Positions 38,519-52,598 of a stretch of 64,000 nt of DNA are shown here, piece after piece; positions within the stretch are counted from its first letter, which is position 1, and every line of letters begins with the position of its first letter. Source of the stretch: Azolla caroliniana (lineage: Eukaryota; Plantae; Polypodiophyta); the NCBI GenBank assembly GCA_043228905.1, contig JBHGNT010000017.1, forward strand, positions 18,104,001 through 18,168,000, in the 5' to 3' direction. The notes beneath the pieces are model-generated. The model searched no databases, was not told the DNA's origin, and saw nothing but the letters and a program-made list of their open reading frames with translations. Made by a program: the position numbers and the translations under genes.

Positions 38519-40600
38519 ATCCGCTAGAACGTTGTCAGCGCCATCTTGAGTCTGGACAAACACGCTACATTCAGTAATAAATGTCATTTTCTCCTGATAC
38601 GTAGGGTGCATCCGGATTTGATTGTATCCGTTAAATCCATCGAGAAAACTTTGTGGCCGACTACGACATCTAAGACCCCATCCGTAAATGGTCGCGAAAA
38701 CTTGTTCGTCACCGTACCGGCATTTAACTTCCAGTAGTCCACACATACCCCGATTTTTCTGTTTTTCATGGGTACAACCACGATCGGGCTTAGCCATGTC
38801 GCTTGTTTTACTGGTTGGATAAAACTGACTCGTAACAACGTCGTCGAGCTACCGGCTTTGTATCCTTGCTGAGATGGATCTAATGTTGGTACAATTGGGG
38901 GTTTAGTCCTCGCATGTCTCCATATGACCACGCAAATACATCCTGAAACTCTTTCAGTAATTCCACCGTCGCCACTTTTTCTGCCAGTTGCATTTCTTTT
39001 GCGACATTTGCCGGTTTCGGTGCCTCCCTTGTCCCAAGGTTCACTTCCTCTAACTGGGATGCCTTCACTCGTTGTGAGACCACCATTTCCCGTTCCAAGG
39101 ATTCCTGTGCCTACCGTAATTCCCAAATTACCTCCCAATCTAGCTCGTCACCGACTTCTTCCAGGTGCACTATATACGAGGTAACCGCCTCGGCAACGTC
39201 CACTTCGAATAATGGTACTATCTTTGGATGCTCCTCGAGGTACCGGTCCACCACCTCCTCTACTAGTCCTTCTAGCATATTAATTCTTTCTGCATATAGG
39301 GGTGTCAGCTCCTTACTAACACCCATCCGCGATTGTGTTGGGACTCGTACTTTTGCTTTGCCTCTTCAGAAGGTAATGACATTTTTCTGCCAGTTCTGCT
39401 TTATGTGTGTCATCCACAACCATGGTCGTCCTAACAGCAAGGGATATGCCCCTTCTGCATTTAGTTGTGGGACCACCACGGATATCCAGAATGAATGTCC
39501 TCTGATTGCAACTTCTAATTCCCGGATTAGTCCGATTAGACGAACCGAACTTGTATCTGCCATCTGTAACTAGAATGGGCATGGTTCCCATTCTCGGATA
39601 CCCAAGGTATCACATTAGTGTTGACTAATCACGTTCACGCCGGACCCATCACCACAACTATTCCGAGTACTTCTCTCCCTTTAACAATTGTCGTGATTGT
39701 TGGGCTGCTTGTATTGACCACGACCGGTCCTTCCTCCGGATTGGAGAAAAATGTTGGTGCCGACTCGGTGTTTTGTGGTGCTACTACCGATTTCAGTCCT
39801 TCCGTAAATCGAGGAACTAATTGCAATAACCATCCTAGCGGCAGAATAATTTGACAGTCTTGTAACACTTGCCATGTCGGGTCCTCGTCCGTGGTTGCTA
39901 TCGATGCTCCCGGAGGGTTAATCTGTTCATGCAAGTCGGCCATGTTCCGTTCATTGGCCTGCTGAACCCATTCGGTGGCCTATTTCTAGATGGCCTCTTC
40001 AGTCTCCCACTCTGTCATTTTGGCCTTTGATCTAGTTGTGACCTGATGCACGTTAGTGACTTCTGCAGTAACCATATTGATGGTTGGTTGCTTTTCACTT
40101 GTCTTGACCGGACACTGACTCCTATAATGTCCCTCTTGATGGCAATAATAGCAATACACTTTCTGTACGTTTACTAGACTCAACTTTTTCCATGTTACCG
40201 GGTTGAATGCCCGATGTCCCTCGTTTGGGCTCCTCCATTCTTCGTTGCTCTAATTGTGAGATGATTGTGTTTCTATCTGGTTCCCGACGCTCGTTTCTTC
40301 GGAAATTTCTTCTTCGGTTATTTTGCCGGTTATTCTAATACCCTTGACGATCTGAGTAACGTCTATCCTGATCTACATGCTTATGTCAATCCGAATAACG
40401 TTGATCCTCCCTTCTTTGATCATATTTTGGAGACTAATTGTGATCATACCGATCATGATTGTAATCTCGTCTCCTATCATCACGGTCCCGTCATACTTGT
40501 CTCCTCCGTCGCCGTACCGGATGTCTTGTATCGGTCTGTAGTGATCTTCTCCCTTGAATCGTTCCTCTTGTCGCTCGGTGCGGGGCATATATATGTTCTT
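38519..40600 (-). mobile_element. Degenerate non-chromovirus Ty3/gypsy internal fragment G3
   Basis: CCHC CYYCHQEGHYRSQC; PR-region LLLGRPWL; RT WLSPIVVVP..CVDY..FLDGFNGYNQI; many frameshifts. Confidence 0.8.
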
Positions 40601-40604
40601 CCTA

Positions 40605-40845
40605 TAGTTATTCTCTCGAGCCATTTTTTTGCGAAGTTTGGTCACAACATCAATAATAGCTTCGGGTCTAGGTGGACAACCCGGCAAATAAATATCTACA
40701 GGAATTAATTTATCCACCTCGCGAACAGTGATGTAGGAATCTGTACTAAACATACCTCCTGTAATTGTGCAGGCTCCCATAGCAATTACGTATTTTGGTT
40801 CAAGCATCTGTTCATATAACCTAACTAGGGATGGAGCCATTTTGC
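40605..40845 (-). pseudogene. ndhK: Plastid-derived fragment (NUPT) of ndhK
   Basis: [58 protein letters not shown]. Confidence 0.92.
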
Positions 40846-40869
40846 ACAAGCTGATGAATTTCGGGCCAG

Positions 40870-41010
40870 ATGTGAGAGACGGAGCCCCTGATAATGCATA
40901 TTCACGGACCAAGAACTACGGGATCACCCTCATTATTTGACGGGTGACGGAGGGATCATACGACACGAGCCTTTTCTGCTTCCCTCGGGGGTCCATCGGA
41001 GCAACAATTG
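40870..41010 (+). other. NUPT: plastid trnI-GAU intron fragment
   Basis: GACCAAGAACTACGGGATCACCC..GGGTGACGGAGGGATC..CGAGCC resembles the conserved plastid trnI intron (recognised from memory). Confidence 0.65.
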
Positions 41011-41216
41011 ATGAAAGTTATACAAGTGGGGTCCAAGTGCTACCCAAGAATCAGATGGATATAATTTTTAATTTCCGGAACTTTCAAGTTATATCTAGTC
41101 TGGGGATTCAATATGAACAATCAAGATCAGTATACTTTTATTGATTAGAAAGAAAAGAAAAGAAAATAATATATATATATATATCTATTTTTTTCCATTT
41201 TATTGTCCGAGTGACT

Positions 41217-41414
41217 CAAGTGGTGATGTGCGGTATCAGTCAACCATAATCCTCCTCTCACCGGATTTAACCCTCCGCGAAACGTTAACAAATCTGAGTA
41301 TTCCGACCAGTTGAGAGTGAAGAATGGTATTAACCCCTTCACAAAGTTAGGAAAGGTTTGAGCTAAAAGATCCCGATTTAGAATAAGCTCATGAGGAAGG
41401 GGTATCTCTTTGGG
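41217..41414 (-). pseudogene. psaA: NUPT fragment of psaA
   Basis: [55 protein letters not shown]. Confidence 0.92.
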
Positions 41415-41839
41415 TCAGAGAAACTTCCTTGATTAGTTCCCACTCACGACCCGTTAATTAAGGAAATCGATCCTTTTGATGGAATTGATGAATTTGGTGG
41501 AATTCATCGAATTCAAATAATTCCAAAAATATCAAACTTTTTCTGGAATTGATCCATTTCCTGGATTTGGTGATATTGAAGATATTCCTGATATTGAGGA
41601 TATTACTGATGTTGAAAACTCTCATAAATGTAAGCCTGAGATATATGATTCAAACTTGTTGAGCCGCGAGAAAATTTCTTTGGTCCCGGGAACTTTATGA
41701 ATCTAATCGTAGGTTCAGTCAGGAAACGTATGTCCGTGTGTCAAATACAACTTTTTTTTATTCTTATCAAAGAGAAATTGATGTGGAAAGGCCTTTTTTC
41801 TATTTTCTATCCCCTAATTTGCGTAAGTGTCAACTTGTT

Positions 41840-42180
41840 AATCAACTAGATCAATGGGTCTTGATTTTTGTTTATTCTCAAGGGCTATTGTTCTTCCCAG
41901 ATCAATGAAAGCCTTTTCAGAATCTGAACTAAATAAATTTACCCGTGTAGGTAGCTTGGGTAGGTTAGGCACTTCCAGAAATCTTAAGAAAAATGGTGAG
42001 TGTACTTTATCCTCGAAAAACCTACAAAGCGGTATCTTACGCCTTTTCAACCGCAATGCTCCCTTTACAATTCTACGATGGAAGTCGGGTACTCTTGCAA
42101 ATCATTTCACTATCTTTGTTGTTTTGCGTTTTGTCTTCCCAACATTAATTCCCAAATTTCTCAACTTGAGATAGGGTATC
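41840..42180 (-). pseudogene. ycf1: NUPT fragment of ycf1
   Basis: PDFHRRIVKGALRLKRRKI..VHSPFFLR resembles the conserved Ycf1 motif DFRRDxIKGSMRAQRRK..VHSPLFL. Confidence 0.65.
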
Positions 42181-42264
42181 TATGTCTGTAAATACCTTGT
42201 TTATTTTCAATCGTCAATATATAAAGACTGAGAAGCATGTCTTGACTGGCACACATGCGGGATC

Positions 42265-42513
<249 letters not shown>

Positions 42514-42771
42514 TTAGTCCACTACCGACGGAGCCGCTTCCTCCAGATAGTCTCTATTCCGCATAGGTTATCTATTAAGCAATTTGAGAGAGAGAAAAAG
42601 TGATGATTCCAATCCAATAAAAAATTTATTCTACTCTTTTTCTTTTTATCTCACCCCTTTACTCTTTCTCTCTCGAAGAGCGATAGGAATCAATCTCTTT
42701 ATAATAAACGTGTTGTTTATATCATCATGCGATCTTCTTATGTGCATGTGTGTCTAAGTGGAAATCTAGTA

Positions 42772-42808
<37 letters not shown>

Positions 42809-43750
42809 CAAGTGCTAGTTAGACCATGGATGTGAAGCTAGAAGATTGAGGGTGATTGATAGGGTTACCCAATGGAGAGTAGGAGGTTATGGGTTCAACC
42901 TCTACATTCCATAGTGGCATCTAGTGAATTAAGAGATGTGTATGAAATATATTATAATAGAGAGGTGAGAAAATCGGGTTTCAAACCCAAGACGTAATGC
43001 TTGTAGTGTAACAACTTACCAATACAGTAAGATTACAACAAAAAGAGAAAGAGAGAGAGAGTATGTATATGTGTGTGAGTGAGTACTAGACTATGTTTAT
43101 GAAGCTAGAGGATTGAGGGTGATTGATAACCACTCTCACCTGATTCATTACTATTAGGGTATATGCTAGTTTGAACCTTTCGGCTCGACAATAATGATGT
43201 GGAGGCAGAACTCTGTTGGTTCATAGACATGTTTTAGTATTGTGCACACGGAAGCCACACAATACCTCAACTCGAGTCAAATCCTCGATCATGACACATA
43301 TATTGCATGAAGTAGCCCACAAGAGGGGTTTTAAAGTCTTCTTATATAGCATCACCTCCTCCATGGTTCAGGTCTCCCGCGAACCAGCTTGAGCAGTACA
43401 TGCACACACACGTGCGCTTCATGCATCACCGCAAGAATCTGTCTCCCATAGACATTGTTAAAAAGACACTTACCTATCTTCTGTTGGTCTGCTCATGACC
43501 AAACGAGGCCTTAGAGAGAACCCAAGCTCAATCCTCGCCCATGGGCAAGGCACCATCTTAAAGACCATATATATATAGACTTTGGTTTCTCTGTTATTTG
43601 GGAGAGGGGCATTTGGGGAAATAGAGAAAAATGCGAAAGAGAAGAGAGGGGCTACTTTCATAATTTTGTAAAACTACTGCAGAGCCTTTCTTCTTCCGCC
43701 ATAGCCTTTCTCCTCCTGCTCCTGCACAGGAAAAGGAAGAAAACAGAGAG

Positions 43751-46700
43751 ATGCTCGCCAACAGAGCATCGATTCGTGTCGCACACACAGGCCTCGTCTC
43801 TCGATTTCCTGCTCCTTCTGCTTTTTCTTCTTGCCGTGTTCAAGCTTCCATGGCCAGTTCAACCCTCCCTGCCGAGCTTTCCCCTGTCATCGAAGCTCTA
43901 CAAGCGATCGTCCCGCCGCTTTCTTCTTCTCGCCACAAAGGGCAGGCCGGTATTGGGTTTCTTTCCTTCACCTCTCTGTTTCTAAAATTTTGGCCGTTGA
44001 TCTCTTCTGTTTGGTTTTCATCTTTGATTGCATCTATTTACAAATTTCAGTCTGATCTTTCTTCTTCCCATCAGTTTTCCTGTCATATTTTATCACTGTT
44101 TTTTCTTTGGGAAAAGCAAATAATTTGTTTGCTTTTGCAAACCGCAGTTTTTGCAAAGTTTCTTTCTTCTTCTTACTATCAACTCTTTGCTTTTACAAAG
44201 GCCAATGTGGTATAAGATTTCCTTTTCTGCCTTTTTCCTTGTTAATTTTTGGCCCTTTCTTTGGATCATATTACTCTTTTTGACGGAGTGCAATCTGGTA
44301 TGCTATATTCTTGATCCCATTTTTCTTACCAAATTTGGTCCTTCTGCCCTGTTTGTGTTTTTAGCCAGTTTTCTTTTTAAGTTTGCTCTAACTACTAACC
44401 AATCTGATTTATCTTGACTCCTCCATTTTCTGGCTTAATATGACTATATTTTTTCCTACTTGTTTCTAATTGTTATTCTCTTGCTTATAGGTAAAGTTGC
44501 TGTTATTGGAGGCTGCAGAGAATACACTGGGGCCCCGTATTTTGCTGCAATTTCTGCTCTCAAAGTGGTAGGCTTTTGTTTCTTTTGACTCATCACGTAC
44601 ATTGACTACTCTGTTAGAATGCAATGCCATCTTTTTTCATTGTCTCCTGACATGAAAGAGAAACATGTGATTTGCTACTTTTTTGGTGGTGAGCATTGGA
44701 ATGGAAAGACAGAAATCTGTATTGAGATTGGGCCGAGTGAAAAATCAAGAAAAAATTACTGGGGGATGGCATTCTATGCTGGTTCGAATTTCAACTATCA
44801 AATGTATGGACAAACGAGCATAACAATTCTATTGTGCCAATCTAGCTAATTGAATAAGACAGAACTATGTGATGAAAAGACATTTGTGTCAAATAGAAGT
44901 GCCAAAACTGCCTTAGGTGTAATGGTTGCCAAATGAAGCATGCAGTAAACTACTGTAAAGTCAGAACACAAGCTGATCAAATGTAAGGGGATAAGAAGGC
45001 CAACCTTGGTACATGGCGTTTGTAGGACGTTCTGAATTTTTAGAATGAAACCATTCATACATGTGTATTTGCATGTATGTGTGGAGTTGTTTGATGATCT
45101 GGGAAATTTTGAGTTTGCTCAAGTGAAGTGTGTAGTTGTTAAATGTAAATAAATGTGTGTGCAGGGTGCAGATCTCTCACACGTATTTTGCACTCAAGGA
45201 GCTGCAACAGTAATAAAAAGCTATAGTCCGGAACTTATTGTTCATCCCATACTTGAGGAATCTCACGATGTGAAGTCTGTTTAAATTTTACTTTTCTGAA
45301 TATTTCTGTGAGTAAAAAAAGAAGATGCTCTCCATGCTCATCTGGGTAGTCTTAATTTTTTCAGGGGTGATGAAAGATTATTTCTTGAAAGTGTTCTCAA
45401 TGAAGTCAGTAGATGGTTAGATCGTTTTGATTGTCTTATTATTGGTCCTGGCCTTGGCAGGGATCCATTCTTACTGGTAGGAAAATTTAACAACCATTGT
45501 ATTTGCCATAAAATTTGCCAATAGCATCCATCACTTATGCTAAACTGGGTATTATTATTCTGCAGGATTGTGTTTCAGAGATTATCCTGCGTGCAAAGCA
45601 GAAAGACATTCCCTTAGTCATTGATGGGGTACTCATTATTTTGCAGCATTAAAAATGTGCTTAGAATTTAATATGCTTTGTTCAGGCATTCCATATACCT
45701 TCATTTTTAGGAAATTAAACTCATCTATAATTTTGAGCTTGTTTTCCTTAGTGATTTTAACTTTGGATGTTGAAATTGCTGACTAAAACTGGCTCAAAAT
45801 TTATTGTTTCTTCCATAAGGAAGAATATAGCTGGATTAAATTTCAGATAAAGTAATATACACGTCATATTGCTTTTCTACATTAGACTACTTTTTGCAAA
45901 CAGAATGCTTATGTCTGAGAGCATTTTAGCTTCGTGCCTAAATTTATCAATATTTTTCATGTTGAAGGATGGCCTGTTCTTGATTACAAATAATCCAGAG
46001 CTAGTTTGTGGCTACCCATTAGCGATTTTGACGCCTAATATTAATGAGCACAAGCGCTTAATAACGAAGATAACAGGTTCTGATTTTTCAAAAGACGTGT
46101 CTGAAGGTTATCTAGAACAATTAAAAGAACTTGCAAAACAGTAAGTATTTGCTGCTTGCAACTTCTCTGATAGTTGATATTTTTATATTCTTTTATATTC
46201 ATATGGCTTCAAAGAGAAATGCACCATTAATAAACATCTGTATGTGTATCTTCTCATTTTGCGTGCACTTATCTTTGTCATTGGCTACTTGATTTTAAGT
46301 GCTCAAGCACTATAGAAAAACTGTCTTGGACATGGTGAAATAGGGATCACTAGAATAGAGAGAATCATTCTTATGAGACAGAGATGGCCAACATAGGACA
46401 GGGAAGAGGACAGCATTTATAAAATGTGAGGATTTATAGGCAGCTGCTGCATTAAAATAAAGACACTATAAATTTGTGAGTAAAGAATGGGGCCCCTTTT
46501 AAGTATGTACTTTAAGGGCCATTCTTTGCAACCTGACTCTACAGTTCCTCTATTGACTCTGACCAAAGAAAGGAACTACCGATAATCCCTAATATGAAAC
46601 CAAAATATTCGACTAGTGTTGTTTCCATCTAGTTAGTCATAGAATTGGCAAAATATTGGTGCAATTATAATTGATTGTGGTCTTTGAGCAGTTCTTCTAT

Positions 46701-48296
46701 TGATGATGACCATAGAAAGGAACTATGGATCGTTCCTAAGATGAACCTGAAAGACTGAACACTGTTATTTCCAGCTAGTTAAGTCGTAGAAGTGGCAAAA
46801 TCTAGGTGCAATTATCCTTGATTGTAGTCTTTGAGGGTTTGTGTTCCACTGCCCTCAAATATTTGTTCTTGTCTGTAACAGTCAGAGTGATCTTGATTCA
46901 AGTACTGGAATGTATATTTGATGAAGGCCTATGACATCCTTGTATTTCGGAGAAATGGAATGTGTTAAGACTTCAAATGTTGATGGTCATGTCGAGGTTT
47001 ATAAAGAGATGAGCATTAATTTGCATAAATACATTGATTGAGGTAAGGCCCAACTTCTGAAGTTCCCTTTTGGAAGTTTGTGATCATAGTTAACCAAAAT
47101 GGCTCTTTCTGCCTGGGAAACAGAATAACAAATTTTCTGGACAGTGCTTCACCTACAGCTTTGTAACATAGTCATTGAACATTCGTGCTGTAAGTTCACA
47201 AGGGCTAGTTATTTAGGTTTATATTATCTGTTTTTATGATCACAGTTTTGGCAATGATAGTGACACAATTTAATCAGTCTTTGAAATTAGGTGAAATCTT
47301 GTTTGATTGATAATAGGATGGGAGGAGTCACAATAGTACAAAAAGGGAATGTGGACAACATCAGTGATGGTGTCTCAGGTCTTAACATCTTATTGAAATT
47401 CTTTTTCAGGAATTTGCAGTGATATATATGTTGTTTTCCTGAATTGAAACTTGCATTGCTATCAGCCTTTTCATCAGGATTTTTTGGATCTCCTCGTCGA
47501 TGTGGTGGCCAAGGAGATGTCCTTTCTGGAAGGTGCTTCTTACTGCTCGTTTTTCTCTATTGACCAATGAATGAACTAAAATTTTGATCAATAGCGATTA
47601 TCCAATTACAGCATTGGAGTCTTTATGGCCTGGGCTCGCAGTTTCGTCACAGACAGTGGAACCAGTAGTATGAAGATGGTTGTAGAAGAAAGGTTTACCT
47701 TACTCATGCCCTTCGACTCTAGTTTGAATTAGATTCTATATGATGAAAATGTTAGGTTTTGTCTGCTTATATGTAATGATGATGGTTATGTAGATTATCA
47801 AAGAACCCTGCAATAATTGCAGCTGTGGCTGGTTCACTTTTACTTCGAAAGGCAGCCGCAGAAGCCTTTTTGCAGAAGAAACGTAGCATGGTCACAACCG
47901 ATATTATTGGAGTCCTTGGTGACAGGTTTGAATCATTTGTTCGCATCAATGCCATTTATTAAGATATTAGGTATGGACAATTTATGAGGGAAAAGGACAA
48001 AGACTTGTAATTTTCAACAATCTACATGGAAAAGAGTGATTATTATTAGAGATGATGATTAGTTAGTAAAGCAATGAAAGTAGAATGAAACCTCAAGGGA
48101 AGGTGGCCATGTGATTATGATTCCAAGAAACTATAGATAGAATTTGTTCATGTTTTATTTATTGTCTTTGTCCAAAAAAGGGGGCATCGAAATGGATTTT
48201 GTTGCACTGATCTTTTATAGAAGCTTACACAGATCTTTTGGGCTTTGTGACAGCATGCAAGAGTTATTTCCTGTTGAGGCCCATGTCTCTAAGTGA
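43751..48296 (+). CDS. NNRD: ATP-dependent (S)-NAD(P)H-hydrate dehydratase (NNRD/CARKD/YjeF-C), 11 exons
   Basis: Approximate exons 43751-43949, 44491-44567, 45165-45274, 45365-45476, 45566-45628, 45969-46140, 47318-47378, 47465-47532, 47612-47692, 47794-47925, 48254-48296; motifs [53 protein letters not shown]; GT-AG introns. Confidence 0.93.
46530..46835 (+). repeat. Diverged ~150-bp tandem duplication in an NNRD intron
   Basis: CAGTTCYTCTATTGA..GAAAGGAACTA..CTAGTTA..GGCAAAAT..GATTGTRGTCTTTGAG occurs twice. Confidence 0.75.
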
Positions 48297-49427
48297 AGTG
48301 GCAAAAGTTTTTCTTTACTGGTACATCCTCAGGAGAAGATATTGAGGGATGATTCTGATAGACTTAGAGAAGAAAGTTTCAATGGATATATTTACTTGTA
48401 TACACCTGTTATATATTACATTAAAAATCTGTCATCATTCAGTTTGTTTATGGATGTATATTTGAGTCTATCCAGCATCTTGGCTAAGTAGTTATTGTCA
48501 AGTTCTTCTTAAATCAATGCATTGAAGTGTACATGCAATTGCACTTTGGAATTGAGCAAAGTGCAATTGCAGGCCCATGTGGAAAACTTCCACCATTATC
48601 AAAACCTCCTAAGCATGTGGTATCTCACGTCCCTTTAGCTTGTGATAATGAATGAAGCTAAGCCACAATGGCTGTAGCTAGCTCTTATGCTTCAGCTACT
48701 ATGGGTCAAGGAGAAACAAGTTCATAACAGATTTAATGGTCCTAAAGAAAAAGTTGGCTTTATGATCACAAACAAGCCTTGGTTCAAGTCACAAATAACA
48801 ATAGGAAGATATTTATTTCTATGGAGTATAATATTAGGTCATTCAATTGATTGTTTGCTTTGTGAAATCACACATGGAACGAAAAAACTAAAAGAAAGGA
48901 ATGAAACATATAGGAATCACACATGGAAAACATGTTGATTGTAAAAAACTTCAAAATAAAGGAATGAAACTTCAGGAATTGTAATGATAAAACCTATAGC
49001 GGAACGAGAAAATTAGATGCTTTGGAAACTTAAAGACACTCATTAATTGCATCCTATTAAGTTGTGGATCACAATGCCACCCATCTTGTTGCGTGTGGGT
49101 GTTTTCCAAGGTTCATTGTCATTAACACTTGGTTGAACTTAAAGGATTACGAACCTGTTTTTTATATAGCTCAAGTATAATGAACCTGTTTTTTTATATA
49201 GCTATTTCATTTTTGGTTGCAGAGGAAACACTTCACTTTTTAGCATGTTTTTGTTGAAATGTGTGGTGTTGGAGGCAAAGACATTGTTATTTTCAGTGTG
49301 ATCTTGGTAGACTATTCTTAAGAAACACCTATCCTTAAATAGTTGTGACTACACTGGAATTCGACTACTAGGAGAATACCAAATATGCCACCATAATCAA
49401 TGCTCGAATATAGATTGTTGACTTTAT

Positions 49428-49695
49428 TAGGAACCAGCAATGGTTCAATTTCGGCTTAACCAGTTTGGCCAAATTGCGTAAGCCTAGACTAGTTTAGGAA
49501 CCGATTTAGACAAGCCGATTAAGCCTTAACCAGCTTGGAAATTGTTTGGCCCAAATCAATTCTTCGGCTTGAGCCATCCCAAACCAAACTCACACTAGTT
49601 AAGGAAGCTCAAGCCTAAACCTAGCTGAACCGCCAAATTGTTATAATGGTTTAATAGTTCAGTTTAGGCTTGAGCTGAGACATTGCCGATTCCTA
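49428..49695. mobile_element. hAT-like MITE (same family as 1814-3796)
   Basis: TIRs TAGGAACCAGCAATG / CATTGCCGATTCCTA; imperfect 8-bp TSD GACTTTAT / GGCTTTAC. Confidence 0.75.
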
Positions 49696-51104
49696 GGCTT
49701 TACCATGAGGAAACTAATGTTATGTAGGAATAAGCGTACATGCATTTTCAATAAAAGGAGAGGATAGGAATGGCCTTCCAAGCTTCCATGTGTCATCCTA
49801 AAAGCCATGGCCCTTATTATATGCTTTTTTATTATCGAAATGAGGACCTTTCAAGCAACTTGATCTATAGAACATATCCGATGAGGATACCCTTAGGTGT
49901 TAAATTGTTTATTGCCACAAACCTTTTGCAATGATTGTCTATTTTTTTACTTTACATTAATAAAAGTAGTTGGGCATGCTAGTACATGATGATACAAAAG
50001 TTGAGGAGAACAACAAGCAAATGTACAACCAACTCCTTCTAACTCGTTCCCCAAGAACACCTAATATCATGCCTTCCATTTACCCATGTGTCTAGCTTAT
50101 TGATAATAGTTCTAATTAGAATGTGGTGATGTATTAATTGAGATCATAATAAAGCTTAACTTGCTCATTTTTGTGATTATGTTCCCAACTTTACTCAAGC
50201 ATATGTATGTAGTTTTGAACATAAACAAACATATTTTTTGGATTTCTAATTCGCAAAAGCACAGCCTTGTGATAATCGTATCTATCCATCAACATTTTTA
50301 TTATGTATGTAGATATTTCATAACATCTAACTACCTAACTAATAAAACAAAAACCTAACTATTTTCTCCCCATGAGCAAACAAACTATAACTATCCAAGG
50401 GAAACAAAACTCCTTTACTTATTTTCTCTTTCTCTCAACGTCATTGTTTATTTGTGCTTCTTCCAAGGGGCTGAACGTGTGGGTATAATGGAATGAATCC
50501 CTTTTCCGAAAAGTAAATGTACATAATGGCTTTGCTTCTTCTTCTTCTTTTAATAAATTAAAAGATGAGTAAGGAGAAAAAAAGCATGGTTGGGTAATGG
50601 AGATAGAATTTTCCTTATTTGTGAGCATAAGAAATTCTTACAAAGTGATGGAAGTCTCAAGGTCAAGGGGTTAGTGTTAAAGCAACTTATCAAAAAGATA
50701 TATGGTTGATAAACAATATACATTTTGTAATTACTGAGATTGTGGATGCAATCCAAATTGCCTGCCAATATGAGTGTAAATGCAGATGCGTGTGCATGTG
50801 CTTGGGGTTTAATATCTTAGAGTAGTTATTCAAGCCAGGAAATCACATATTGCCACAAATAAGCAATGATTACACACTAAGGAAAGGTGTCTAGCATTTG
50901 TTCTCAAATTCTCCATGCACGTGTATGGTTGGTCCTCCTATGACTACAATATCACTTACAACTAAACCTTGTTGGTCATAGTTTTAGCAAGTTGATTTGG
51001 AGTTTTGATTACTCACATTATATACCATAGGCAACTTCTTTTTGAATTGTATGAAATTGTTTGTTCTATGTAGATTTTAGACATATACACAACCAAGTCC
51101 TCAT

Positions 51105-51230
51105 ATTGTCGTTTGGGGCATCATGGTGATTGTCATTTGGGGCATCATGGTGATTGTCGTTTGGGGCATCATGGTGATTGTCGTTTGGAGCATCATGGCG
51201 ATTGTCGTTTGGGACATCATGGTGATTGTC
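51105..51230 (+). repeat. 24-bp minisatellite x5
   Basis: ATTGTCGTTTGGGGCATCATGGTG repeated with no spacers. Confidence 0.92.
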
Positions 51231-52145
51231 TTTACACACTTCTTATACGTCTCACGATATCACTAGAGCACCTCAATGCTTCTCTTTCAATTATTTTAGT
51301 TTATAGAATATAGGAATTCTAAATGTCTCTATATTATATGTATTCTTTCTGGGTTCCACCTCTTCTTGATGTTTTTCCATTTATAATATAATGCATTCTT
51401 TGTGTATCTGTGGTGGTTCCCTCATATATGCATCTCGATGAGTAGAACCTAAATACTCAAACTCGAGCATAGTCCGAGGTAAATAGTGCATTGATTTTTG
51501 TATAGAGACCAATTTTATTCTGAAATTTTCATGTTCATTGTGTTTGTTTGTTAGTGATTAGAGTAAATTCCAAATTTTTCTAGGAATAACATATAGCAAA
51601 TAGATGGAATCATGAGAGTACGAAAACCTTTTGAAATTTTCATGAAGTGTAAAATAAAGAAAACCAAGCACTACTTCATTAAAAGAAGTGTCTATTTTCC
51701 TTGAGGGAAATATTGTATTCTTGTTTCAAAGACTTTTAATAACATTCCAAAACATAAATGGTAAGGCATTCATTACCTACCCAAGAGTCGATCTATTTGT
51801 CCTGGACTCAACTTACAAAACAATTTTCATGATGAAGCAGAAAGGGCACGGTCAAAGTTTTTGCTAAAATTGGGCGGTTCTCCTATGATGGTCAAATCTT
51901 CAACAGGCCCTAAATGAAACTACCAAGCACCCAGGTGGTTGTTTCCACCAATGGCTCCCATTAGTGGACAAGAGATGTAAATATGTATAGATGTGATACA
52001 AGTAAGTTACCATAGTTCTGGACCATACGTACCATAAGTGCATTCACATTCGTGAATGTTTCACTTATTCAAGTATGATAAACACCCTCAAAGAATGATA
52101 AATACCATACTTTTGGATTAACTATTTATTATGAGATAAATAAAC

Positions 52146-52598
52146 TGTTAAGGATTAGGTAATTAAGCAAGGGCTAATTATTACCTAATTATGTGATTAC
52201 GCGATTACGTAGCGGAAGATTAGTGATATGTGTGTATGTGTGTGAGTGAGAGGAAGAGAGAGAGAAGTACACTTATAAGTTATAAACACAAGATGGGGGA
52301 TGATTAACTATATTAAAAGGTAAATATCAACTATCATCATCAAATACAAAAATACCTTCAATGAGGTATATATAGGTTTCATGTGCAAGGGTGCACATGT
52401 TCTAGGAGAATATAGGTACAACGTGTAAGTCCTATATTAAAGGAGCATGGAGTGGTGGATCTACAATGTATCCCACTCAAGTACAAAACCCTATTTAAGG
52501 AGTTATAGTCAACACTTCTAACTAGATTCTATCTAGGTAACTACGAACTTACATTGTTGACTAACTAATTAAACTAAGTTGAGCTTGATCTCTCAACA
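52146..52598 (-). mobile_element. Solo LTR of copia family F
   Basis: Matches 26920-27373 and 31284-31729; TSD TAAAC. Confidence 0.95.

Noticed and set aside
40373-40912. 179-aa ORF as a functional nuclear ndhK or chimeric gene
   Set aside because: Chance read-through across trnI-intron, ndhK and gag junctions; NdhK N-terminal half is missing and there is no transit peptide
51105-51230. Regular 24-bp repeats (CRISPR-like, or a GHHGDCRL peptide repeat)
   Set aside because: Head-to-tail with no spacers, eukaryotic context, no cas genes; the ORF has no ATG start or gene structure
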